Source: Harriotta raleighana
Lineage: Eukaryota
Direction: 5' to 3'
DNA length: 64,000 nucleotides
Assembly: GCA_050575255.1 (NCBI GenBank)
Contig: JBNZDD010013678.1
Span: 4,498,753-4,562,752 of the forward strand
Below are positions 60,701 to 64,000 of the stretch, one piece after another. Position 1 is the first letter of the stretch, and the number at the start of each line of letters is the position of its first letter. The notes beneath the pieces are model-generated. The model was not told the DNA's origin and did no database searches. It was given only the letters and a program-made list of their open reading frames with translations. Position numbers and translations under genes: made by a program.

Positions 60701-63445
60701 CTGCCACCATCATCCGCGGGGTCAGACCAATTGAGCAAAATCATTTTTCTCGTAACAACGACAGGTTTCAGATCCAGAACCGGTCCGGGCACACCTGAAA
60801 GAGAGGCAAAAATACATGGATCATTTCAGCTGAATTGATATACAAATGGAAAACACAACACTTTAAATACATTTATTTTTTTGAGCCTTTTTGGTTTCCT
60901 TACCCATAACTTCTACTCTGGTCACTGCGTATTTCGAGCCGCTGCTGTTTGTGCCGGTAATTATGTATCTTCCATAATCGCTTCTTTGCGCGTCCTGTAT
61001 GACCAGCACAGTCCTGGTGCCATCTGTTTCAACAAGAATGCGCTCTTTGTCAAGTTCGCCTTCTTCCTTGCTCCATTTGATTTCCGGAGGGGGTCGGCCA
61101 GTGACGATGGCAGGCAGTCTAATGGTTTGCCCGGCCATATGTTGAACACCTGCTCTTACAGAGATGTCATACTCGACCACCGGAGGCTCTGTGAAATACA
61201 GCATGATTTTGTGAATCAGTAGAAAATGATTTGCGAAACATAAAGCTGCTTTATGACCGACCGTGCGATTCTTATTACCTTTTGGTTCCCTCACAGTTAC
61301 AGCTTCGGTTTCACCAGGAGGACCTTCTCCAGCATTGTTGACCGCCACAACACGAACTTTGTAATCTGCGCCTTCTCGAACCCCACCGACTGATAGCGTA
61401 CGTTTCTTGACTAGCCTTTCTGTACAGCGTGACCACTCCTTTCCACCCATCAACTGCTTGTCAACATGGTACCCAATGATGTCGCCACCACCACAGTATA
61501 TTGGAGGATCCCACTCGATTTCGATTGTCGTTTCACTTGTATCTAGGATTCTTGGTTTTGGTGGGCCAGGCGGTACTGAAAAGAGAAACAAACAAAATCC
61601 ACTTACCAAATTGAACTAGAGCGTTCTCGCAGAATTTTTGCTATTTTGTGAGACAATACTCACAGACAGGGTCCTGAGCAACCCTGGGATCTGAAGGAGG
61701 ACTGAATTTTCCAGGACCAGCTGCATTTTCTGCACAGATTCTGAATATGTACGTTAAACCTTCCATGAGGCCCTCAGCCTTGACTGTGAGAGCATTCAGT
61801 AATTGTCTGTTCACTCGGGTCCAATGTGTACTGTTAATTTCCTTCCTTTCTACCCAGTAGCCGATGATAGGGCTGCCATTGTCTTTTGGTTCTTTCCATT
61901 CAACTGTCATGCTGTTGCTGGTAGTCTCCACTATCTCAGGTTTCTCAGGTGCCTCGGGAGGTTCTAAAGCAAAAATAAGCAAGATACACGTCAATTGCAA
62001 TAGTAATAAGAGACCAATAGCAAACCACTGCATAACAAGAGGTTTTAAAGTTACGTGACACAGTTCCCTCACTACATTATGCTTCTTTGATGAATTCATA
62101 AGAGTACAATGGAACTATTCAAAAGGGGCTTCAAATGTAGCAATTATTTTGAAAGAAAAAGAAAAGTTTACCAAATGGATTTTTGGCAATGACTGGCTGG
62201 CTGAGACATGATGGTCCTGGGCCAAATTTATTTTCTGCCGTCACACGGAAAAGATATTCCTTCCCTTCGATAAGTTTAGTGATGTGGTATTTGCGTTGCC
62301 TTAGAGTTGACGATATTGTAATCCAACTAGCTTCAGGCTTAGAGTAGTCCTTCTTCTCCAAGACATAATTGAGAATTTCACTGCCTCCATCATCCAGAGG
62401 AGCATCCCATTTACAACGGATAGAATCGCTTCTGATTTCCTCAAAGATGAAGTTGATAGGTGGGCCAGGGATATCTGCAATATTAATGGAAATGCACAGG
62501 ATTGTTATACTGTAGTTCCAAAACTATACACCTACCATGTTTTTGACCCTTGCATTTTAACAACTGACAGTAATTATTTCCTTCAGAAGTAATTATGAAA
62601 CTGCTTACCTAGCACATTTACTTGACAAGCGGCGCTGGATACACCATGATCATTTTCTACTTTGATCATAAATTTTCCATGGTCCCGTCTCAAAGAATCA
62701 CGGACCATTATATAGGACTCTCCTTCTCTGCTATTGTCAAGGCTTAAACGTTCGGGTAGAGTGAGAAAGAATGGCTCTTCTTCCACAACTGCCTGTTTCT
62801 TCTTCACTGGCATTATTGTCCGTTCCCTCTTTTTGATTTCTTCAGGCCGAATCACTTGGTCATCTTTATACCATGTCACAGTTGGATAAGGGGAGCCAGA
62901 AACAACAGCGTTTAGGTTAATCTGATCTCCTCTTTTGACACTTAACCCAGACTGTAGGTTTCCACTTAAGAAGACCTTAGGTCGTTCTGTGAAGGAAATT
63001 ATGGTATTGTTAGAACTTTAGATCATCCAACTAACATGCCCTTTAATTATCCAAACTTGATATGGAGTCTTGCTCCTTGGCTAGAGAAACGTAAAATTGT
63101 TGATGCATTTGACTAATTTCATGCTAATGAAGGGCGGCTCACCAACTGGATCCACAGCTTTGATTCCTAGAGTGAGTTTTGAAGGTTCGCTAACTCCAGC
63201 TACGTTCTCAGCACATATGCGATACTGATATTCATTTCCTTCCTCGAGATTCTTTACGGTGTAAGACAGAACAGGCACCAAGTATTCGTTGCACCTCTCC
63301 CACTTGTCACTTCCCTTGGCGATCTTTTCAATAATGTAGCCCATGATTTTGCAGCCTCCGTCGTAGGGAGGTGGCTTCCACGTGAGTGTTATCGATTTTG
63401 ATGTTGGATTGTGGTCCTCGACATCAATTGGTGGATCAGGGCGTT
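417..63445 (-). CDS. TTN: Titin, partial multi-exon CDS (A-band, 78 exons, approx. domains A3-A157); gene continues beyond both window edges
   Basis: Spliced translation is a tandem array of titin-type FN3 domains (PGPP...W..P..DGGS.I..Y..EKR...W...Y.FRV.A.N..G) and Ig domains (P.ID...V.AG....I.GRP.P...W.K...D.G.Y.....N..G), arranged as Ig-Fn2-Ig-Fn3 and Ig-Fn2-Ig-Fn3-Ig-Fn3 super-repeats. All exons have AG acceptors and GT donors except one GC donor; the total of 46,071 nt is in frame. Confidence 0.99.
740..958 (-). mobile_element. CR1 LINE 3' fragment (ORF2 C-terminus + 3' UTR)
   Basis: Minus strand 952-866 translates [29 protein letters not shown], a typical CR1 ORF2 C-terminus; UTR part resembles 59020-59066. 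Confidence 0.75.
1064..1351 (-). CDS. TTN: titin exon (ex348-equivalent), Ig A156
   Basis: 288 nt, AG/GTAAG flanks, VVPTIDLTG...KVIIL. Confidence 0.95.
1476..2069 (-). CDS. TTN: titin exon (ex347-equivalent), FN3 A154-A155
   Basis: 594 nt, AG/GTATG flanks, two FN3. Confidence 0.95.
2249..2348 (-). mobile_element. SINE 3' tail fragment (tail type A)
   Basis: aataataaaccttgcactggatatagc...gagacgtctcaaaggtttcacagaatatacggtgaag..ttgactgtatattt, which recurs more than 10 times in introns of this window. Confidence 0.75.
2455..2736 (-). CDS. TTN: titin exon (ex346-equivalent), Ig A153
   Basis: 282 nt, [13 protein letters not shown]...VVKVY. Confidence 0.95.
3171..3476 (-). CDS. TTN: titin exon (ex345-equivalent), FN3 A152
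   Basis: 306 nt, AG/GTAAGT flanks. Confidence 0.95.
3591..3896 (-). CDS. TTN: titin exon (ex344-equivalent), FN3 A151
   Basis: 306 nt, AG/GTAAGT flanks. Confidence 0.95.
3940..4235 (-). mobile_element. DeuSINE-like (SacSINE1-type) SINE, decayed
   Basis: Tail, then gcacacagcaatgtcccacc body, then Deu-like block (ggcaggacactgggagaaactc...tggtgccaagggatctttaacatc...ggtttaatgtctcacc); similar to 34548-34901. Confidence 0.7.
4313..4612 (-). CDS. TTN: titin exon (ex343-equivalent), FN3 A150 (FN3-119, human HMERF hotspot domain)
   Basis: 300 nt, [24 protein letters not shown]...RETSRLNW...KNNEYIFRV. Confidence 0.95.
4726..5016 (-). CDS. TTN: titin exon (ex342-equivalent), Ig A149
   Basis: 291 nt, AG/GTAAG flanks. 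Confidence 0.95.
5160..5465 (-). CDS. TTN: titin exon (ex341-equivalent), FN3 A148
   Basis: 306 nt, AG/GTATG flanks. Confidence 0.95.
5599..5901 (-). CDS. TTN: titin exon (ex340-equivalent), FN3 A147
   Basis: 303 nt, AG/GTAAGT flanks. Confidence 0.95.
6018..8084 (-). CDS. TTN: titin exon (ex339-equivalent), domains A140-A146
   Basis: 2067 nt, Fn-Fn-Ig-Fn-Fn-Ig-Fn, AG/GTAAGT flanks. Confidence 0.96.
8190..8489 (-). CDS. TTN: titin exon (ex338-equivalent), FN3 A139
   Basis: 300 nt, donor GTACGT. Confidence 0.94.
8648..9186 (-). mobile_element. stacked SINEs: tRNA-headed Deu-type SINE with extra 3' tails/bodies
   Basis: A-box TGGCTCAGTTGG (9166-9177) and B-box GGTTCAGGCC (9126-9135) on minus; bodies at about 8830-8910 and 8950-9020; tails at about 8648-8730 and 8745-8830. 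Confidence 0.75.
9252..9539 (-). CDS. TTN: titin exon (ex337-equivalent), Ig A138
   Basis: 288 nt, [14 protein letters not shown]...VRVQ. Confidence 0.95.
9667..9960 (-). CDS. TTN: titin exon (ex336-equivalent), FN3 A137
   Basis: 294 nt, AG/GTAAGT flanks. Confidence 0.95.
10068..11834 (-). CDS. TTN: titin exon (ex335-equivalent), domains A131-A136
   Basis: 1767 nt, Ig-Fn-Fn-Ig-Fn-Fn. Confidence 0.96.
11915..12100 (+). mobile_element. L2 LINE 3' end fragment
   Basis: [17 protein letters not shown] (L2 RT C-terminus), then a C-rich UTR and tail tgactgttcagcgcctcgggatgtcctcccgacatg. Confidence 0.75.
12140..12445 (-). CDS. TTN: titin exon (ex334-equivalent), FN3 A130
   Basis: 306 nt, AG/GTAAGT flanks. 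Confidence 0.95.
12560..12862 (-). CDS. TTN: titin exon (ex333-equivalent), FN3 A129
   Basis: 303 nt, AG/GTATG flanks. Confidence 0.95.
12973..13272 (-). CDS. TTN: titin exon (ex332-equivalent), FN3 A128
   Basis: 300 nt, AG/GTAAG flanks. Confidence 0.95.
13354..13404 (-). mobile_element. L2-type 3' tail remnant (type B)
   Basis: acagcgcctttcacatcaggaggatgacccaaggcg. Confidence 0.6.
13421..13708 (-). CDS. TTN: titin exon (ex331-equivalent), Ig A127
   Basis: 288 nt, AG/GTATG flanks. Confidence 0.95.
13806..14102 (-). CDS. TTN: titin exon (ex330-equivalent), FN3 A126
   Basis: 297 nt, AG/GTAAT flanks. Confidence 0.95.
14220..14522 (-). CDS. TTN: titin exon (ex329-equivalent), FN3 A125
   Basis: 303 nt, AG/GTAGG flanks. 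Confidence 0.95.
14619..15206 (-). CDS. TTN: titin exon (ex328-equivalent), Ig A123 + FN3 A124
   Basis: 588 nt, AG/GTAAGT flanks. Confidence 0.95.
15712..16008 (-). CDS. TTN: titin exon (ex327-equivalent), FN3 A122
   Basis: 297 nt, AG/GTGAGT flanks. Confidence 0.95.
16553..16670 (-). mobile_element. SINE body remnant plus L2-type tail
   Basis: tgtgggcaaaatgcg..gcgcacagcagtgtcccacc followed by (caa)n..tatagtagcgcctttcaggttgggaggccgtccc. Confidence 0.6.
16745..33850 (-). CDS. TTN: titin giant A-band exon (ex326-equivalent), 17,106 nt, approx. 58 domains A64-A121
   Basis: Uninterrupted 5,702-codon frame between acceptor ACAG| (33851-33852 = ct on +) and donor |GTATGT (16743-16744 = ac on +); 11-domain super-repeats. 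Confidence 0.98.
34171..34473 (-). CDS. TTN: titin exon (ex325-equivalent), FN3 A63
   Basis: 303 nt, AG/GTAAG flanks. Confidence 0.95.
34548..34901 (-). mobile_element. DeuSINE-like SINE, decayed
   Basis: Tail cttgcatttggcatagcgccttatcac; Deu-like block tttcgaaaagtgccat..gatctttaacatccacctgaacagacgg..ttaacatctcatcccaaagatggcacctc..ggagtgtcag. Confidence 0.75.
35035..35622 (-). CDS. TTN: titin exon (ex324-equivalent), Ig A61 + FN3 A62
   Basis: 588 nt, AG/GTGAGT flanks. Confidence 0.95.
35727..36023 (-). CDS. TTN: titin exon (ex323-equivalent), FN3 A60
   Basis: 297 nt, donor GTGCGT. Confidence 0.93.
36123..36320 (-). CDS. TTN: titin exon (ex322-equivalent), C-terminal part of FN3 A59
   Basis: 198 nt, [14 protein letters not shown]...; joins the 105-nt exon to give 303 nt. 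Confidence 0.93.
36408..36460 (-). mobile_element. L2-type tail remnant
   Basis: acaacaacaaattatacttgtaaagcaccctttacatcggaaagacatcc. Confidence 0.45.
36518..36622 (-). CDS. TTN: titin exon (ex321-equivalent), N-terminal part of FN3 A59
   Basis: 105 nt, [12 protein letters not shown]...GGSPIT. Confidence 0.93.
36710..37300 (-). CDS. TTN: titin exon (ex320-equivalent), Ig A57 + FN3 A58
   Basis: 591 nt, AG/GTAAG flanks. Confidence 0.95.
37314..37439 (-). mobile_element. SINE fragment with L2-type tail (type B)
   Basis: (aatc)n..tatatagcgcctttcacgttgggaggacgtcccaaggcgctgtacagtcaag joined to SINE body ttgactgtatatttgtgggcgaaac. Confidence 0.75.
37984..38271 (-). CDS. TTN: titin exon (ex319-equivalent), FN3 A56
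   Basis: 288 nt, AG/GTGAGT flanks. Confidence 0.95.
38317..38642 (-). mobile_element. L2 LINE 3' fragment
   Basis: Minus [12 protein letters not shown]...TIGCQAF...[10 protein letters not shown]...[14 protein letters not shown] is an L2 RT C-terminus, followed by UTR and (ttg)n tail. Confidence 0.8.
38686..38976 (-). CDS. TTN: titin exon (ex318-equivalent), FN3 A55
   Basis: 291 nt, AG/GTAAC flanks. Confidence 0.95.
39076..39363 (-). CDS. TTN: titin exon (ex317-equivalent), Ig A54
   Basis: 288 nt, AG/GTAAGT flanks. Confidence 0.95.
39430..39498 (-). mobile_element. SINE tail remnant (type A)
   Basis: ataataataataatccttgtatttgaattagcg..gacgtctcaaagtgcttc. Confidence 0.65.
39552..39857 (-). 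CDS. TTN: titin exon (ex316-equivalent), FN3 A53
   Basis: 306 nt, AG/GTAAGT flanks. Confidence 0.95.
39947..40249 (-). CDS. TTN: titin exon (ex315-equivalent), FN3 A52
   Basis: 303 nt, AG/GTAAG flanks. Confidence 0.95.
40359..40655 (-). CDS. TTN: titin exon (ex314-equivalent), FN3 A51
   Basis: 297 nt, AG/GTAAA flanks. Confidence 0.94.
40759..41046 (-). CDS. TTN: titin exon (ex313-equivalent), Ig A50
   Basis: 288 nt, AG/GTATA flanks. Confidence 0.94.
41184..41483 (-). CDS. TTN: titin exon (ex312-equivalent), FN3 A49
   Basis: 300 nt, AG/GTAAA flanks. Confidence 0.94.
41593..41895 (-). CDS. TTN: titin exon (ex311-equivalent), FN3 A48
   Basis: 303 nt, AG/GTAAGT flanks. Confidence 0.95.
42104..42403 (-). 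CDS. TTN: titin exon (ex310-equivalent), FN3 A47
   Basis: 300 nt, AG/GTAAGT flanks. Confidence 0.95.
42554..42829 (-). CDS. TTN: titin exon (ex309-equivalent), Ig A46
   Basis: 276 nt, weak donor GTCTGT. Confidence 0.9.
43134..43436 (-). CDS. TTN: titin exon (ex308-equivalent), FN3 A45
   Basis: 303 nt, AG/GTAAGT flanks. Confidence 0.95.
43469..43829 (-). mobile_element. near full-length tRNA-derived SINE (Val-like head, type A tail)
   Basis: Minus-strand head TTGGTTAGAGCACGACGCCTCACAAGCGAGAGGACCTGAGTATGATTCCC at about 43764-43813; body gtgtcccacaaatag; tail at 43469-43550. Confidence 0.65.
43943..44242 (-). CDS. TTN: titin exon (ex307-equivalent), FN3 A44
   Basis: 300 nt, AG/GTAAGT flanks. 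Confidence 0.95.
44353..44637 (-). CDS. TTN: titin exon (ex306-equivalent), Ig A43 (first C-zone super-repeat)
   Basis: 285 nt, donor GTACGT; start of the first 11-domain unit. Confidence 0.94.
44767..45081 (-). CDS. TTN: titin exon (ex305-equivalent), FN3 A42
   Basis: 315 nt, AG/GTATT flanks. Confidence 0.94.
45194..48160 (-). CDS. TTN: titin exon (ex304-equivalent), domains A32-A41
   Basis: 2967 nt, Ig-Fn3-Ig-Fn2-Ig-Fn2. Confidence 0.96.
48284..48577 (-). CDS. TTN: titin exon (ex303-equivalent), FN3 A31
   Basis: 294 nt, donor GTTCGT. Confidence 0.92.
48682..48981 (-). CDS. TTN: titin exon (ex302-equivalent), FN3 A30
   Basis: 300 nt, AG/GTAAGT flanks. Confidence 0.95.
49106..49387 (-). 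CDS. TTN: titin exon (ex301-equivalent), Ig A29
   Basis: 282 nt, AG/GTAAT flanks. Confidence 0.95.
49521..49829 (-). CDS. TTN: titin exon (ex300-equivalent), FN3 A28
   Basis: 309 nt, AG/GTAAGT flanks. Confidence 0.95.
49889..49951 (+). mobile_element. SINE tail remnant (type A)
   Basis: aagcgctttgagacgtcttgaggacatgataaggcgccgtagcaaatgcaaggattat. Confidence 0.7.
49986..50288 (-). CDS. TTN: titin exon (ex299-equivalent), FN3 A27
   Basis: 303 nt, AAG acceptor, GTATG donor. Confidence 0.92.
50700..50999 (-). CDS. TTN: titin exon (ex298-equivalent), FN3 A26
   Basis: 300 nt, AG/GTAAGT flanks. Confidence 0.95.
51108..51389 (-). CDS. TTN: titin exon (ex297-equivalent), Ig A25
   Basis: 282 nt, AG/GTAAGT flanks. 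Confidence 0.95.
51476..51778 (-). CDS. TTN: titin exon (ex296-equivalent), FN3 A24 (absent from ORF track)
   Basis: 303 nt; hand translation [41 protein letters not shown]...[17 protein letters not shown]; AG/GTAAGT flanks. Confidence 0.94.
51891..52193 (-). CDS. TTN: titin exon (ex295-equivalent), FN3 A23
   Basis: 303 nt, AG/GTAAG flanks. Confidence 0.95.
52286..52567 (-). CDS. TTN: titin exon (ex294-equivalent), Ig A22
   Basis: 282 nt, AG/GTAAGT flanks. Confidence 0.95.
52678..52828 (-). CDS. TTN: titin exon (ex293-equivalent), C-terminal half of FN3 A21 (absent from ORF track)
   Basis: 151 nt, [33 protein letters not shown]; 149+151=300. Confidence 0.93.
52903..53195. mobile_element. 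nested SINEs: minus-strand type-B copy (about 52996-53166) inserted in a plus-strand type-A tail
   Basis: The plus tail is split as ...gataaggcattatc [insert] tatatcaaatgcaagaattattatt. Confidence 0.65.
53312..53460 (-). CDS. TTN: titin exon (ex292-equivalent), N-terminal half of FN3 A21
   Basis: 149 nt, [12 protein letters not shown]...EEWEK|GTAAGT. Confidence 0.93.
53549..53863 (-). CDS. TTN: titin exon (ex291-equivalent), FN3 A20
   Basis: 315 nt, AG/GTAGG flanks. Confidence 0.95.
53938..54247. mobile_element. tail-to-tail inverted pair of type-A SINE fragments
   Basis: Plus copy at about 53938-54039, minus copy at about 54077-54247. Confidence 0.75.
54473..54772 (-). CDS. TTN: titin exon (ex290-equivalent), FN3 A19
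   Basis: 300 nt, AG/GTATG flanks. Confidence 0.95.
54964..55260 (-). CDS. TTN: titin exon (ex289-equivalent), Ig A18
   Basis: 297 nt, AG/GTAAT flanks. Confidence 0.94.
55364..55681 (-). CDS. TTN: titin exon (ex288-equivalent), FN3 A17
   Basis: 318 nt, AG/GTAAGT flanks. Confidence 0.95.
55798..56097 (-). CDS. TTN: titin exon (ex287-equivalent), FN3 A16 (absent from minus-strand ORF track)
   Basis: 300 nt, [35 protein letters not shown]...; AG/GTAAGT flanks. Confidence 0.94.
56194..56323 (-). CDS. TTN: titin exon (ex286-equivalent), C-terminal part of Ig A15
   Basis: 130 nt, [34 protein letters not shown]...; (CT)n polypyrimidine acceptor. Confidence 0.92.
56328..56344. repeat. (GA)n microsatellite forming the polypyrimidine tract of the 130-nt exon acceptor
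   Basis: gagagagagagagagag directly adjacent to the acceptor at 56324-56325. Confidence 0.85.
56385..56553 (+). repeat. direct repeat copy 1 (unique AT-rich flank + SINE tail)
   Basis: ttaaacaaaaaaggtttctcaacatt..aatgtgaca..gtatatagggcatttcac, matching 57334-57513. Confidence 0.75.
56613..56645 (-). CDS. TTN: titin 33-nt microexon (ex285-equivalent), middle of Ig A15
   Basis: TTTTTGTCCAG|GATGAGATCCACAACATACCATCTGATGCAGAG|GTAATA = [11 protein letters not shown], phase 0-0. Confidence 0.85.
57334..57513 (+). repeat. direct repeat copy 2 (unique AT-rich flank + SINE tail)
   Basis: ttaaacaaaaaggtttttcaacatt..aatgtgaca..gtatatagggcatttcac. Confidence 0.75.
57642..57790 (-). CDS. TTN: titin exon (ex284-equivalent), N-terminal part of Ig A15
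   Basis: 149 nt, [50 protein letters not shown]. Confidence 0.93.
57882..58190 (-). CDS. TTN: titin exon (ex283-equivalent), FN3 A14, GC donor
   Basis: 309 nt; donor G|GCAAGT is the frame-preserving site. Confidence 0.9.
58501..58930 (-). CDS. TTN: titin exon (ex282-equivalent), end of FN3 A12 + FN3 A13
   Basis: 430 nt; 191+430=621 (3n). Confidence 0.94.
58992..59150 (-). mobile_element. CR1-like 3' UTR remnant
   Basis: ataagaacataaga terminal repeat then ggaagaccaaggtccatttagtttgcctt, similar to 770-792. Confidence 0.5.
59273..59463 (-). CDS. TTN: titin exon (ex281-equivalent), start of FN3 A12
   Basis: 191 nt, [14 protein letters not shown]...DRRYG|GTAAGG. Confidence 0.93.
59590..59898 (-). 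CDS. TTN: titin exon (ex280-equivalent), Ig A11
   Basis: 309 nt, AG/GTAAG flanks. Confidence 0.95.
60015..60314 (-). CDS. TTN: titin exon (ex279-equivalent), FN3 A10
   Basis: 300 nt, AG/GTAAT flanks. Confidence 0.95.
60372..60436 (+). mobile_element. L2-type tail remnant (type B)
   Basis: cagtgccttgggacgtcctcctgatgtgaaaggcactctataaatgtaattttattgtcgttg. Confidence 0.7.
60501..60794 (-). CDS. TTN: titin exon (ex278-equivalent), FN3 A9
   Basis: 294 nt, AG/GTAAG flanks. Confidence 0.95.
60904..61188 (-). CDS. TTN: titin exon (ex277-equivalent), Ig A8
   Basis: 285 nt, AG/GTAAG flanks. Confidence 0.94.
61279..61575 (-). CDS. TTN: titin exon (ex276-equivalent), FN3 A7
   Basis: 297 nt, AG/GTAAT flanks. 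Confidence 0.94.
61664..61963 (-). CDS. TTN: titin exon (ex275-equivalent), FN3 A6
   Basis: 300 nt, AG/GTGAGT flanks. Confidence 0.95.
62172..62474 (-). CDS. TTN: titin exon (ex274-equivalent), FN3 A5
   Basis: 303 nt, AG/GTAAA flanks. Confidence 0.95.
62609..62986 (-). CDS. TTN: titin exon (ex273-equivalent), Ig A4 with long charged loop insert
   Basis: 378 nt, AG/GTAAG flanks. Confidence 0.94.
63143..63445 (-). CDS. TTN: titin exon (ex272-equivalent), FN3 A3
   Basis: 303 nt, AG/GTGAG flanks. Confidence 0.95.
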
Positions 63446-63505
63446 CTGTAGTCCAATTAAAATAATCATTTAGTTCCATCCAATATATTATGAAAATAAT
63501 CCTTA

Positions 63506-64000
63506 CATTTGCTCTACCCCACTGCCTCACACCTCAGGCTGCCGAAACCCTCACACATGCATTCGTCACATCAAGGCTTGACTATGGAAACTCCTTTCTC
63601 GTCGGCCTTCCCTTCACAACCGCAGATCATTCAAAACTGAGCAGCTTGTGTCCTTTCCCACACCAAGCACCGAACCCCTTCACACCCACCCTCCCCTGGC
63701 TCCATTGGCTTCCCATTTCCCAGAGGATCGAATTCAGGATCCTCATCCCCACTCTCAAGGGTATGCGCAGCTGACCTGCTGACTCTCTACCGACCTGTCC
63801 CCCCCTCCTCCATTCAGCGGGCTCCAGGCTGCTCCATATCTCCCACCTGACCCGTCTTTGCTGGGCTTTCAGCCTTTCTGCCCAGACTCTGGAATTCCAT
63901 ACCACAATCCCTTCACCTCACTTCTTCCCTTGCCTCCTTGAAGGCCGGTCACAAGACCCTCCTTTTCGATTGTGCCTTCTACCACCCTCCCAACTCTCTC
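63506..64000 (+). mobile_element. L2 LINE reverse-transcriptase C-terminal fragment, degenerate, runs off window end
   Basis: AAETLTHAFVTSRLDYGNSFLVGLP...LHWLPISQRIEFRIL motifs, stop at about 63772, then ..ctctggaattcc..ttgaaggccggtcacaagaccctccttttcgat. Confidence 0.85.

Noticed and set aside
1135-62058. Many plus-strand ORFs (up to 250 aa) antisense to titin exons
   Set aside because: Shadow ORFs: they overlap titin exons, recur with the 3,246-nt period (e.g. 21718 and 28210), are S/T/P/L-rich with no domain signature, and follow from titin codon usage. An antisense lncRNA like human TTN-AS1 cannot be supported from sequence alone.
63490-63774. 94-aa ORF with reverse-transcriptase C-terminal motifs as a domesticated gene
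   Set aside because: Internal deletions, a premature stop and 5' truncation mark it as a decayed L2 fragment. The same applies to 38382-38675.
1-64000. Cronos internal promoter, titin kinase, CRISPR-like arrays or a novel multi-gene system
   Set aside because: Cronos lies upstream near the I/A junction and the kinase lies downstream, both outside this exon range. The repeats here are protein super-repeats or dispersed retroposon tails, not repeat-spacer arrays. Essentially all sequence is explained by titin exons, short introns and retroelements.

Overview
The whole window lies inside one vertebrate gene, titin (TTN), on the minus strand. It covers almost all of the A-band-coding region. I read splice boundaries directly from the sequence and found 78 consecutive coding exons from 63445 down to 417. 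They sum to 46,071 nt (15,357 codons, about 72% of the window) and splice in frame. They encode about 155 Ig and FN3 domains, first in 7-domain D-zone super-repeats and then in 11-domain C-zone super-repeats (inferred domains A3-A157). They include the 17,106-nt giant exon at 16745-33850. Exon sizes map one-to-one onto human meta-transcript exons 272-349; the human numbering and sizes are recalled from memory and need checking. Introns are short (most about 85-200 nt, at most about 1 kb). The longer ones hold decayed CR1 and L2 LINE 3' ends and tRNA/Deu-type SINEs. That repeat content plus the compact introns suggests a cartilaginous fish, possibly a chimaera (inference). The kinase/M-band and the I-band/Cronos regions lie outside the window. 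I found no evidence of a novel self-contained biological system. The items worth a second look are: the length of the giant exon, a GC-AG intron, a 33-nt microexon bracketed by a local duplication, a proline substitution in the HMERF hotspot domain, and a modular SINE family that shares tails with resident L2 LINEs.
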